From Verrucomicrobiota bacterium (GTDB taxonomy: Bacteria; Verrucomicrobiota; Verrucomicrobiia; Limisphaerales; Palsa-1400): a stretch of 64,000 nucleotides of DNA. Positions 31,231-40,169 of this stretch are shown piece after piece. Numbering within the stretch: position 1 is the first letter of the stretch; each line of letters begins with the position of its first letter. The DNA is taken from the NCBI GenBank assembly GCA_049510745.1, contig JBEKYR010000013.1:69288-133287 (forward strand), written 5' to 3'. The position numbers and the translations under genes are program-made. The notes under the pieces were generated by a model, which worked only from the letters and a program-made list of their open reading frames with translations, ran no database searches and was not told where the DNA came from.

Positions 31231-31347
31231 TTGCGAGTTTTTGCAGATTGCGTGTCTTCGCAAATGGTTCAGATCCGCTCCTGCCTTGCCCATCCCACTA
31301 TGTACCAGCGTGTTACACGCCAATAACTGAGTTGGCACGGCTCTTGT
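31231..31347 (+). promoter_or_regulatory. Sigma-54-type promoter (31333-31347) with class B tandem site (31231-31263)
   Basis: TGGCAC-GGCTC-TTGT; TTGCG-AGTTTT-TGCAG-A-TTGCG-TGTCTT-CGCAA, gap 69 bp. Confidence 0.75.
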
Positions 31348-31389
31348 AATGAAAGACTCAACCGATGGGAAACCCGCCGGCTGAGCAAA

Positions 31390-31578
31390 ATGAATAATAA
31401 AAATCCTCTCATTTTTCAGACCTTGATTTTGATGCGGGAGACCATCCGAATTGAGCACGCGGTTGCTGCGGCGGCGAAGGAGAGTCGCCGCCGCAGGGAC
31501 TTGGCCCGAGGACAAGAGATATCTCGAATTATTTTTCCGTCAACCACCTGCCAAGAGCGCACGGATTCAAATTCATGA
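31390..31578 (+). CDS. Hypothetical 62-aa protein
   Basis: First ATG ORF of this size after the promoter; stop overlaps the BON gene start (ATGA). Confidence 0.45.
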   Translation: MNNKNPLIFQTLILMRETIRIEHAVAAAAKESRRRRDLARGQEISRIIFPSTTCQERTDSNS

Positions 31579-32228
31579 AAAGCGATGTGGATTTACAAAA
31601 GAATGTTCTGGCTGAACTCGAATATGAGCCAAGCGTCAAAGTCGAAGATATCGGAGTCTCAGTGAAGGAGGGGATCGTGACGCTGAATGGTTATGTGGGC
31701 AGTTATGCTGAAAAGTTGGCCGCCGCGCGCGCGGCCAAACGCCTGGCGGGCGCGCGGGGCATCGCGGAGGATATAGTGGTTAAGCTGCCCGACTCGTCTC
31801 GCCGCACTGACAGTGATATTGCTGCCGCCGCTGTCAATGGGGTCAAATGGATAAGCACCATTCCGGAAGACGCCGTCCAGATAACGGTCCGAGATGGGTG
31901 GCTCAGCCTCGAAGGCGCCGTGGAGGGCTGGCACCAGAAGAGCGCCGCCGAAGAGGCGGTGCGCAACCTGGCAGGCGTCAAGGGTGTGACCAACCGCATT
32001 GTCATCAAACCGAAGATGGCTTCCGTGGACGCAAAAGGTGCGATCAAAGCAGCATTTGATCGCCATTCCATTTTGGATGCCCGGAAGATCCAAGTCGAGA
32101 CTAACGGGGGCCACGTGCTGCTCCGCGGCCATGTGCGCAATTTTTACGAACGGGAGGAAGCCGAACGGGCCGCTTGGGCGGCTCAGGGAGTGACCCATGT
32201 CGAAAACCGCATCGTTCTCATAATCTAA
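31575..32228 (+). CDS. Triple BON-domain (OsmY-like) protein
   Basis: Three repeats of V..G.VTL.G.V...K..A...A....GV..V.N.I. Confidence 0.92.
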   Translation: MKSDVDLQKNVLAELEYEPSVKVEDIGVSVKEGIVTLNGYVGSYAEKLAAARAAKRLAGARGIAEDIVVKLPDSSRRTDSDIAAAAVNGVKWISTIPEDAVQITVRDGWLSLEGAVEGWHQKSAAEEAVRNLAGVKGVTNRIVIKPKMASVDAKGAIKAAFDRHSILDARKIQVETNGGHVLLRGHVRNFYEREEAERAAWAAQGVTHVENRIVLII

Positions 32229-32346
32229 CGCTGCTCGTTCCTTCCAGCGCCCGAGATCAGCGAAGGCCGGAAAAACAGCGGCATGACTCATCAACCGGAG
32301 AAAATCAGCAACAGAAACGAACGAAACAAAAGAAAGGAAGGTAAAT

Positions 32347-33033
32347 ATGAGTAGTAACGTGAAGAAGAGTGACGCCGAACTAAAGAAGGATGTGCTTGCC
32401 GAGTTCGAATATGAGCCCAGCGTGAACGTCACGGACATCGGCGTCCTGGTGAAAGATGGGACGGTGACACTCAATGGCTACGCCACCAGCTATGGCGAGA
32501 AATGGGATGCCGTGCGTGTGGCTAAACGGGTCGCCGGGGTGAAGGCCATCGCGGATGACATCGAAGTCAAACTGCCGGATTCTCAGCGCCGCACTGACGG
32601 GGACATCGCCGCCGCAGCGGCAAATCAAATCAAGTGGTCCACGACAATTCCATCCGACACCATTCAGATAACAGTCCGTGACGGCTGGATCACACTGGAG
32701 GGCGAGGTGGAATGGTGGTACCAGAGGAGCGCCGCCGAAAACGTCGTGTTTCGTCTGGCGGGCGTGAAAGGGGTGAGCAATTTGATCACGATCAAACCCA
32801 AACTGGCGCCAGCGGAGGTCGCAACGGCCATTAAGTCGGCTTTTGAGCGAAATGCCCTGTTGGAGGCCAACAAGATCCAAGTTGAGACTTCCGGGAGCAC
32901 GGTGACCCTCCGCGGCAAAGTTCGGACTCACGCCGAGAAGGATGAGGCCGAACGGGCCGCCTGGGCCGCTCCGGGTGTATCCTGGGTGGACAATCATCTC
33001 AAGGTGGAATGGTTTGGGAATTTTGCGGAGTAG
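32347..33033 (+). CDS. Triple BON-domain protein, tandem paralog
   Basis: Same architecture; shares EYEPSV and KLPDS.RRTD.DIAAAA. Confidence 0.92.
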   Translation: MSSNVKKSDAELKKDVLAEFEYEPSVNVTDIGVLVKDGTVTLNGYATSYGEKWDAVRVAKRVAGVKAIADDIEVKLPDSQRRTDGDIAAAAANQIKWSTTIPSDTIQITVRDGWITLEGEVEWWYQRSAAENVVFRLAGVKGVSNLITIKPKLAPAEVATAIKSAFERNALLEANKIQVETSGSTVTLRGKVRTHAEKDEAERAAWAAPGVSWVDNHLKVEWFGNFAE

Positions 33034-33062
33034 CCGCTTGAAACAGCCAAGGGGCTGAAATA

Positions 33063-33100
33063 GCCTCGCAGCGGCAGTTCTCGCGCTGCCGCTGCGAGGC
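33063..33100. repeat. Perfect 15-bp inverted repeat (hairpin), no U-tract
   Basis: GCCTCGCAGCGGCAG-TTCTCGCG-CTGCCGCTGCGAGGC. Confidence 0.85.
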
Positions 33101-33126
33101 GGGCGGGAGACAAGAGATGGGCCAAT

Positions 33127-33675
33127 ATGAAAAGTGACGCGGAAGGACAATTTAGACGGAGCCTCTCAAGCAAGTTGAGCCTGCTCTTTGTCGTTCAAAA
33201 GCATCAAGGTCGAAATCTTCACTACGATTTTCGGCTGGAGGCGGATGGCGTGTTGAAATCATGGGCCGTCCCCAAAGGACCTTCCCTGGATCCTGCTGTC
33301 AAACGACTGGCGGTGGCGGTTGAGGATCATCCTCTGGCATACGCCGATTTCGAGGGCACTATTCCCGAAGGCCAGTACGGGGCGGGGCCTGTCATGGTCT
33401 GGGACCAGGGCACTTACACTCCAGAGGATTCGGGTAATGTTGCGGCAAGCCTCGAAAAGGGCGAATTGAAGTTCGTTCTGCATGGCCAGAAGCTTCGCGG
33501 TTCTTGGGTGCTCGTCCGGACGCGGAATAATAACTGGCTCCTCATCAAGCATCGTGACGCTTACGCGTCGAGTGAAGATATTACCAGGCTTAAACCACGA
33601 TCAGTCCTCAGCGGCCGGTCGCTTTCCGAGATTAAGAGGATGACACCCAGAGGTGCCGGAGAGGGGGTAGGATAA
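33127..33675 (+). CDS. LigD 3'-phosphoesterase domain protein
   Basis: FVVQKH...[22 protein letters not shown]...VEDHP..Y..FEG.IP.G.YGAG. Confidence 0.93.
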   Translation: MKSDAEGQFRRSLSSKLSLLFVVQKHQGRNLHYDFRLEADGVLKSWAVPKGPSLDPAVKRLAVAVEDHPLAYADFEGTIPEGQYGAGPVMVWDQGTYTPEDSGNVAASLEKGELKFVLHGQKLRGSWVLVRTRNNNWLLIKHRDAYASSEDITRLKPRSVLSGRSLSEIKRMTPRGAGEGVG

Positions 33676-33679
33676 TCCC

Positions 33680-34609
33680 ATGAATTGCCTGATCCATCCC
33701 ATGTTGGCGACGCTGGTGGCCGGGCCTTTCGATCGCCCCGGCTGGGTCAACGAAGAGAAATACGACGGTGTTCGGGCTCTCGCCTACCGGATGGGAAAAC
33801 GCATCGAACTTTTTTCACGGAACCTGAAGGAGTTCACCGCCGAATTTCCCGAAATCGCCCATGCGCTGGCGGACCTTCCTGGGGGCGACTTCGTGCTGGA
33901 TGGCGAGATCGTCGCCTTTGACAGCCATGACGTCTCCCGCTTCCAAATCCTCCAGCGCCGCGCTCTTGAAGAAGGCATTAAACCTGTTTTTGCCGTGTTC
34001 GATTGCCTCAAATTAAACGGCAGACCGATACTCAAGTCGGCCCTCCGCTCGCGCCGCGAAGCGGTGGAAACGCTGGTGCCAGTCAATCGTGGATCGTTGC
34101 TCCTGGCCCGGCGTCTTTCAACAAACGGATTTGACGCCTTCAAGGCAGCGCAAGCCAAGGGTTGGGAGGGAATCATCGCTAAAGATGATTCCTCCTGCTA
34201 TGAACCCGGCAAACGGTCGAGGTGCTGGCTCAAAATCAAATGTCGGAAGGAATCCGAGTTCGTCATCGGCGGCTACACGGCGCCTGAAGGGCGCCGGCTT
34301 CACTTTGGAGCGCTTCTTGTCGGCTTGTATGATGGCCGGCAACTGCGTTTTGCCGGCAAGGTGGGGACTGGTTATTCGGCAGAAGTCCTGGCGGACCTGG
34401 CAAAGAAAATGGCGCCTATAGTAACGCAGAACTCGCCTTTCGAGCCGGTGCCGCGAGAGAGCAATGTGACGTGGCTTCGCCCGAAATTGGTTGCCCAGAT
34501 CAAGTTTGCCGAGTGGACTCAAGAGGGCAAATTGCGCCAACCCGCCTTTCTTGGTCTGCGGGATGACAAGAATCCGTCCGAATGCCTATGGAGGGAACGT
34601 GAAGGATAA
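33680..34609 (+). CDS. ligD: LigD ATP-dependent ligase domain protein
   Basis: PMLATL, EEKYDGVR, LDGEIV, EGIIAK, WLKIK, GKVGTG, LRQP.FLGLRDDK. Confidence 0.93.
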   Translation: MNCLIHPMLATLVAGPFDRPGWVNEEKYDGVRALAYRMGKRIELFSRNLKEFTAEFPEIAHALADLPGGDFVLDGEIVAFDSHDVSRFQILQRRALEEGIKPVFAVFDCLKLNGRPILKSALRSRREAVETLVPVNRGSLLLARRLSTNGFDAFKAAQAKGWEGIIAKDDSSCYEPGKRSRCWLKIKCRKESEFVIGGYTAPEGRRLHFGALLVGLYDGRQLRFAGKVGTGYSAEVLADLAKKMAPIVTQNSPFEPVPRESNVTWLRPKLVAQIKFAEWTQEGKLRQPAFLGLRDDKNPSECLWREREG

Positions 34610-35540
34610 GAGAACAGTCGCCAAAGGAGGAAACCAGTTCGGGGCAGTGACCAGCGTGGCGGGCATCCCGATTAACCATCCCACCAAGCTATGGTTTCCA
34701 GAGGAGCGAATCACCAAGCTCGAGGTCGCTCAGTACTACGCAGCCGTTTCGCCCCGCATGCAGCCCTGGTTGGACAAGCGCCTCCTTACGGCCGAACGCT
34801 GTCCAGACGGCATCGCGGGCCAATGTTTCTTTGAGAAGAATTTTGGCAAAGACCTTCCCGCCAGCGTCCCGACCTGCTCCGTCCCAGCCGGGAACACGGG
34901 AAAAATCGTTCATTACGTCGTAGGTGGGGCGAACGAAACTCTTTTGGCGCTTGTTAATCTTGGTTGTATTGCGATTCATATTATGAATTGCGAAGCTGGC
35001 TCGCTGGACGAGCCTGACTGGCTGGCATTCGATCTTGACCCTTCCTCCGGAAAATTCCGCGACGCGGTAAAAGCAGCCAGTGTTTTACGCAAGCTCTTGG
35101 AAGAACTCGGAATTCGCTCCTTCCCCAAGACCACCGGAGGGCGAGGGCTGCACGTCCTGGTCCCGTTACGGCAAGGACCCAATCAGGCGCAAGTGCGCCT
35201 CGTTGCCCGTAGCATCAGCCAGGAAATGGCCAGACGATCGCCAACGATCATCACCGTTAAAATGCGAAAGGCCGAGCGCCAGAACCGGGTTTTCACCGAC
35301 TGGCTCCGGAACGCATTTGGCCAGACCATCGTGGCCCCTTACTCGGTTCGGTGCCGTCCGGGGGCGCCCGTTTCGACGCCACTACATTGGGACGAGGTCA
35401 GCCCGCGCTTGGACCCGTCTCATTTCAACATTCGAACCATCCCGCGCCGCTTGGAGGCAAATGATTTCTGGGCTGACTTCTGGCAACATCGCCAGGCTTT
35501 GCCGGAACCGGTCAACGCACCTGTTGTACGGCGGACATGA
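34599..35540 (+). CDS. LigD primase-polymerase domain protein
   Basis: HPTKLWFP, RCPDG, FDLDP, KTTGGRGLH, DWLRN..GQT..APYSVR. Start at GTG 34599 assumed. Confidence 0.9.
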   Translation: MKDKRTVAKGGNQFGAVTSVAGIPINHPTKLWFPEERITKLEVAQYYAAVSPRMQPWLDKRLLTAERCPDGIAGQCFFEKNFGKDLPASVPTCSVPAGNTGKIVHYVVGGANETLLALVNLGCIAIHIMNCEAGSLDEPDWLAFDLDPSSGKFRDAVKAASVLRKLLEELGIRSFPKTTGGRGLHVLVPLRQGPNQAQVRLVARSISQEMARRSPTIITVKMRKAERQNRVFTDWLRNAFGQTIVAPYSVRCRPGAPVSTPLHWDEVSPRLDPSHFNIRTIPRRLEANDFWADFWQHRQALPEPVNAPVVRRT

Positions 35541-35579
35541 AACATCCAACTCGTAATCACCAATGAAAGGACAATTATT

Positions 35580-35765
35580 ATGAGCAAGACTCCTGTTTTC
35601 CAAAAGACACTTCACCGGCTGCGGCCGAATCTCGAGAAAGAAACCCCAAGTCCAAGGCCCAAGAAGCGGGACAAAATCTTTTCCAAGTCCCGCGACATAC
35701 GCGAGGATCGCGCCGAGCGCCAGATGAAGACGTCGCACCCACAAACATTTCCGCACGGACGGTAG
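35580..35765 (+). CDS. Small basic hypothetical protein (61 aa)
   Basis: AAAGGA upstream of ATG; fills the gap between LigD-Pol and rhomboid; K/R-rich. Confidence 0.5.
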   Translation: MSKTPVFQKTLHRLRPNLEKETPSPRPKKRDKIFSKSRDIREDRAERQMKTSHPQTFPHGR

Positions 35766-35800
35766 CTCTCAGCCCATGCAGAAGGACAAAGTACTGAACT

Positions 35801-36526
35801 ATGATACCCATCCGCGATTCGACCCCCAGCCGTTCAGCGCCGGTGGTTACGCGCGTGCTGATTCTGATCAACGCGCTGGTATTCTTCTATGAGTTGGCGC
35901 TGCCCGAGAAATCGCTGGAGAACCTCTTTTATGTGTTCGGGATTGTGCCGGCACGCTTCACCGATCCTGGCTGGGCGAACGCGGCCGGATTTTCCGCGGG
36001 CGGTTGGTGGGTTTTTCTGACCCATCAATTCCTGCACGGCGGCTGGCTCCATATCCTGAGCAACATGTGGATGCTTTGGATCTTTGGAAACAATGTCGAA
36101 GACGCCATGGGCCACCTGCGCTATGGGGTGTTTTATCTGCTCAGCGGCGTGCTGGCTGGGCTTGCGCAATTGCTGGCTCAACCCCACTCCCAGGTGCCCT
36201 CGCTGGGCGCGTCCGGGGCCATCGCCGGGGTGCTGGGCGCCTATTTCCTGTTGTATCCGAAAGCGCGGTTGACCGTGGTTCAGCCGGTATTCTTCAGGCC
36301 GATTTTCTTCGAGCTCCCGGCGGTACTATATCTGGGGTTGTGGTTTGTCAGTCAATTATTCAATGGAACACTGGCGCTGGGAAGTCCTGAACAAGGGGGC
36401 GGAATCGCCTTCTGGGCACACGTCGGTGGATTTTGCACCGGGATGCTCCTGTGCCGGCTGTTCGTCCGGCGACAGCAACGCCGGCAAACCGATGAGTACA
36501 AGATGGAACGGGCGTGGAGAGGGTGA
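35801..36526 (+). CDS. Rhomboid intramembrane serine protease
   Basis: MIPIRD, FLHGGWLH..SNM..LWIFGNNVED, GASGAIAG, AHVGGF. Confidence 0.93.
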   Translation: MIPIRDSTPSRSAPVVTRVLILINALVFFYELALPEKSLENLFYVFGIVPARFTDPGWANAAGFSAGGWWVFLTHQFLHGGWLHILSNMWMLWIFGNNVEDAMGHLRYGVFYLLSGVLAGLAQLLAQPHSQVPSLGASGAIAGVLGAYFLLYPKARLTVVQPVFFRPIFFELPAVLYLGLWFVSQLFNGTLALGSPEQGGGIAFWAHVGGFCTGMLLCRLFVRRQQRRQTDEYKMERAWRG

Positions 36527-36571
36527 ACTGAATTGATAAATGACCGAGTGTGACGAACGAATGCAGCATGT

Positions 36572-36689
36572 TCGCAAGATTTTGCAAGTTGCAAATGCTC
36601 GCAGAGGTTTTCATCTCGATTTGATTCTATTCCAAGTGGCTCCACACCAGTCACTTGCAACTCCTTCGCCCCCTTGGCATGGAAATTGT
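36572..36689 (+). promoter_or_regulatory. Sigma-54-type promoter (36675-36689) with class B tandem site (36572-36604)
   Basis: TGGCAT-GGAAA-TTGT; TCGCA-AGATTT-TGCAA-G-TTGCA-AATGCT-CGCAG, gap 70 bp. Confidence 0.75.
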
Positions 36690-36742
36690 AATTAAGGGAC
36701 TAGCCAGGCGGCGGATTCGCCGCGAATGCAAGATTTGAATCT

Positions 36743-36997
36743 ATGAAGAGCAATCTGATTGAGCCTCTGAATGATAGACAAATAGCCGGAGACAAGAAGG
36801 AAGATCGTGCCTATTTACAGGCCGTGGCGCCCACGGCCCAGTTGGGTTCTTTTCCGCCGAAGCGGGACCAGCGAGCCGCATCTCCAGTTTCTTCCATTGA
36901 CCTGATCACAGAACAAGCCGGCACCACGGCGCAAACGCTCCAGGAACTCTACGGGCGGCGTTACGATGGTTACTACCATTGGGGATTAAACGAGTGA
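36743..36997 (+). CDS. 84-aa small protein ending YYHWGLNE
   Basis: Directly after the promoter; C-terminal motif shared with 10571-10768. Confidence 0.75.
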   Translation: MKSNLIEPLNDRQIAGDKKEDRAYLQAVAPTAQLGSFPPKRDQRAASPVSSIDLITEQAGTTAQTLQELYGRRYDGYYHWGLNE

Positions 36998-37001
36998 ACG
37001 G

Positions 37002-37109
37002 GGCTACCACCAGGCCAAGATTGCGGGTCTTCAGACGATCGCGATGCGATATCAAGATACCGTGGCCCTCTTTGTTGCCCTCGGTGGAGGATGGTGGAAC
37101 GCTAAATAG
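37002..37109 (+). pseudogene. C-terminal remnant of a NodT/OprM-family efflux protein
   Basis: GYHQAKIAGLQTIAMRYQDTVALFVALGGGWWNAK*; compare LYKALGGGW in 27717-29189. Confidence 0.75.
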
Positions 37110-37118
37110 GAGGTGATT

Positions 37119-37649
37119 ATGCCAGACATTCTGAAACTGACTCGGGAGAGCGGTCTGAAGCCCGAACCCGTCAACCCGGCACAATGCCCGGGGCGAATCT
37201 ACAGGCGCATTCTGGTGGGAACGGATTTCACGGTTGCTTCAGCCCCTGCGTTCGAACAAGGATTAAAGCTGGCCAAGCAGAACGGCGCGGAACTCTTGAT
37301 AGCTCATTCCTGCACCGTGCCCCGCAGTCTCAGCGTCATGACGGCCGATTCTTACGACGTATGGGAAAAACAGTGCCGTTCAGAGGCGGACGAATGCATC
37401 GGCCCGCTCACTCAAAAGGCCCGTAAGGAAGGTGTGAAAGCGCATATCCTGGTGCTTTCAGGACTCGCGGATGACGCAATCGTGGAGGCGGCGGAGCGAT
37501 TGGGCGTTGACCTGATTGTCATCGGCACCGACAAGCACAGAGGAGTATCGCGGCTCTTTTTTCGGAGGGTTGCCGCGCAGGTCGTTGCGCGTGCTTCGTG
37601 CGCCGTTCTGACTGTGTGTTCCTCCCGCCAGGAGCACGAGTTTGCCTGA
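37119..37649 (+). CDS. Universal stress protein
   Basis: RILVGTDF, DLIVIGT, CAVLTV. Confidence 0.92.
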   Translation: MPDILKLTRESGLKPEPVNPAQCPGRIYRRILVGTDFTVASAPAFEQGLKLAKQNGAELLIAHSCTVPRSLSVMTADSYDVWEKQCRSEADECIGPLTQKARKEGVKAHILVLSGLADDAIVEAAERLGVDLIVIGTDKHRGVSRLFFRRVAAQVVARASCAVLTVCSSRQEHEFA

Positions 37650-37747
37650 TGTCGCTGAACGCGTTTTTGCGGCACGCCAAACTCGTACGTTCACTGTTGC
37701 GAGTACCGGCGGGCTTCTTATGGGGGATGCACAATATCGCAATTCAT

Positions 37748-37865
37748 TTGCGAGATTTTGTAACCTGCGAGTGCTCGCAGATCACTGCATCACATTCCCC
37801 CTTTCACAGAACTTCTTGATTCCAAGAGGATTACATTCGCCGAGCAACTCTGGCACGTACATTGC
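37748..37865 (+). promoter_or_regulatory. Sigma-54 promoter (37851-37865) with class B tandem site (37748-37780)
   Basis: Consensus TGGCAC-GTACA-TTGC; TTGCG-AGATTT-TGTAA-C-CTGCG-AGTGCT-CGCAG, gap 70 bp. Confidence 0.8.
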
Positions 37866-37997
37866 ATGAAAGTAAGTGTTCAGGTTTTGAGGGCTGGCGC
37901 CAGGGCGGAGGGACTGGGGGGATAAAGGGATGAAGGGAGCGTCGCCGACGGCCCCTGAAACCTGAACAGTTACGCATCAAACGAAGAAACGAACAAT

Positions 37998-38294
37998 ATG
38001 ACAACATACGAAGCAAATCAAAAGCTGGCCAGCGACCTCAAACTGGTTATGCGCGACGTGGAGGAACTGCTCAAGTCCACTGCGGGCGAGGGCAGTGAAA
38101 AAGTGAAGGAAGTGCGCAGTCGATTGGCGACGGCCCTGGAGTCTGCCGAAGCCACTTGCGAACGGCTGCAAGACAAAACCGTGAAAGCGGCCAAAGCCAC
38201 GGATCACGTCATCCGTGAGCATCCTTATGAGTCCATTGGCATCGCCTTGGGCGTCGGATTGCTTATTGGCGTGCTTGTGGGACGCCGCCATTGA
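37998..38294 (+). CDS. DUF883 / ElaB-YqjD family protein
   Basis: DVEELLKSTA...ATDHVIREHPYESIGIALGVGLLIGVLVGRR. Confidence 0.9.
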   Translation: MTTYEANQKLASDLKLVMRDVEELLKSTAGEGSEKVKEVRSRLATALESAEATCERLQDKTVKAAKATDHVIREHPYESIGIALGVGLLIGVLVGRRH

Positions 38295-38297
38295 ACC

Positions 38298-38684
38298 ATG
38301 GACGAAAACGAAACAGTCCGCCCCGGTGTGTTGGAAATTCTGCATCGGCTGGGCGCCACCTTTCTGGGCATCCTGCAAAACCGGCTGGAACTATTGGTGC
38401 TCGAATTGCAGGAAGAGCGCCACCGGCTTTTCCACGCGCTGCTGCTGACGGCGGCCATCGTGGCGCTGGGTTTGGTTACCTTGGCGCTGGCGGCCTTCGC
38501 GCTGGTTGTCGTTGTTTGGAAAGAATTCGGCGTGATAGGATTGATTACGCTCAGTGGGTTGAGCCTCGTGAGCACGCTGCTGGCTTACTGGCGGCTGCGT
38601 GTGCGCTTGAAGAACTGGCCATTTCTGTCCGGCACACTGGCCGAACTCAAAAAGGACCGCGCATGTTTGGGAAGCAAGACATGA
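38298..38684 (+). CDS. YqjE-like (holin-family) membrane protein
   Basis: NRLELLVLELQEER, two TMs, TLAELKKDR; follows the YqjD-like gene. Confidence 0.85.
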   Translation: MDENETVRPGVLEILHRLGATFLGILQNRLELLVLELQEERHRLFHALLLTAAIVALGLVTLALAAFALVVVVWKEFGVIGLITLSGLSLVSTLLAYWRLRVRLKNWPFLSGTLAELKKDRACLGSKT

Positions 38685-38974
38685 CAGCGCTCCAACTGCG
38701 CAAACAAATCCTGCTGCTGGAGAGCGATCTGAACCGGCTGAGGCTGCTTGCCGAATGTGAGCGTTTGCGCGAAGCCGTTGGTTGGGTGAGCCGCATCAGG
38801 GAGGCCCGGCGCCAAATCGCACCGTGGGCGCTTGTGCTGGCCCCGCTGGCCGGCGTGGCGCTTGCGCTGGGCATACGTCGTTCCGGGGCGGGCGGCGGTT
38901 TTTTATCGCGGGCGTTGGGACTTGCGCCTTCGCTGATTCAATTGTGGCGCACATGCGTGTGGCCATCGGATTAA
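38681..38974 (+). CDS. YqjK-like small protein
   Basis: ATGA overlap with previous gene; LRKQILLLESDLNR plus hydrophobic segment; synteny like yqjDEK. Confidence 0.65.
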   Translation: MTALQLRKQILLLESDLNRLRLLAECERLREAVGWVSRIREARRQIAPWALVLAPLAGVALALGIRRSGAGGGFLSRALGLAPSLIQLWRTCVWPSD

Positions 38975-38979
38975 TCAAT

Positions 38980-39651
38980 ATGACAAACAATAATTCAATC
39001 GAAGAAATGAGGCGACTGCTCCAAGTGCGCCTTCAAGAATGGCGCCTGTGCGAAGGACAACCGCAGTACCGGCCCAAGCCTGTCGTTGCCATCACTGAAG
39101 AACCAGGATGCGGAGGAGAGTCCGTCGCTGAAAGGCTTTGTGCTGAACTCGGTTTCCACCTGTATAGTTGGGAATTGGTTGAACAGATTGCCAGGGACGC
39201 AGATGTGAGCACACAGCTTGTCTCGACGCTCGAAGCGCACCCGCGTTCTGAACTTGAGGATTGGCTGGCTGAGCTCGAAGGAGACTTTAATCTCTCAACG
39301 CAGGCTTACCTTAAAAGTCTCAAAAAGGTGTTATTCGCAATAGCTGTGCATGGCAATGCGGTGATTGTGGGCAGGGGCAGCAACTTCTTCCTTCCCCCGG
39401 AAAGAAAGATCGGTCTGTGCCTCACAGCCCCCCTGGATCTGAGGATCAAGAATACGATGAAAGAACTTGGAGTCTCTGAGAAAGAGGCACGAAAGCACAT
39501 TTCCAGGCTGGAAGGCGAACACCGGCGGCTGGTGAAAAAGTACTTTCAGGCGGACATACGGGATTCCACTCACTATCATCTCGTCGTCAACACAGCCGTG
39601 GTCAAACCGGAGACCATTGTTCAGATCGTCAAGATAATGGTCCAAACGTAA
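38980..39651 (+). CDS. Cytidylate kinase-like family protein
   Basis: VVAITEEPGCGGESVA, GNAVIVGRG, YHLVVNT; start at ATG 38980. Confidence 0.85.
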   Translation: MTNNNSIEEMRRLLQVRLQEWRLCEGQPQYRPKPVVAITEEPGCGGESVAERLCAELGFHLYSWELVEQIARDADVSTQLVSTLEAHPRSELEDWLAELEGDFNLSTQAYLKSLKKVLFAIAVHGNAVIVGRGSNFFLPPERKIGLCLTAPLDLRIKNTMKELGVSEKEARKHISRLEGEHRRLVKKYFQADIRDSTHYHLVVNTAVVKPETIVQIVKIMVQT

Positions 39652-39704
39652 CGGTGTTCCTTCGCGAAAGGGCGGCAACATTTATATATAAACTCGCAAT
39701 TCGA

Positions 39705-39820
39705 TTACAAAAATTGGTAAACGGCACAGTTTCGTTGTGTGTCACCCATCTGTTCGCTCCTTCGTAATCGTCTCATCATCAATTACTTGCAACCCTTTTG
39801 CAGCTTGGCACGGCATCTGC
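39705..39820 (+). promoter_or_regulatory. Sigma-54-type promoter (39806-39820) with degenerate class B site and IHF-like site
   Basis: TGGCAC-GGCAT-CTGC; TTACA-AAAATT-GGTAA at 39705; ATCAATTACTTG at 39778 resembles WATCAANNNNTTR. Confidence 0.65.
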
Positions 39821-39835
39821 CATTGAGAGATCTGC

Positions 39836-40150
39836 ATGTTGGTTGAATTCGATCAAGTCGAGCCAGCGAATCGCTATTCAGCGGAGCGAACCCTCCACGA
39901 AGTGACTTTTTCCTGCGTCGCGCCTTCCGCCAGCCAGGTGAGCGTGGCGGGTGATTTCAATCATTGGAATCCCTTCGCCGATCCGATGCTCCGGATGCCC
40001 GATGGGTGCTGGGTTCTCAGTCTGCCTCTTCACCACGGCCATCATCAGTATTATTTCCTGATCGATGGACAGCCCACGCTCGATCCTCGCTCCTTGGGCA
40101 CGGTGCGGAACAAGGGGGGCGATGTGGTCTCTTTGATCGCAGTCAGTTGA
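39836..40150 (+). CDS. Stand-alone glycogen-binding CBM48 / early-set domain protein
   Basis: APSASQVSVAGDFNHW...G.W...L..G.HQYYFLIDG...DP. Confidence 0.88.
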   Translation: MLVEFDQVEPANRYSAERTLHEVTFSCVAPSASQVSVAGDFNHWNPFADPMLRMPDGCWVLSLPLHHGHHQYYFLIDGQPTLDPRSLGTVRNKGGDVVSLIAVS

Positions 40151-40169
40151 GCCGCCGCATATTAACTCC

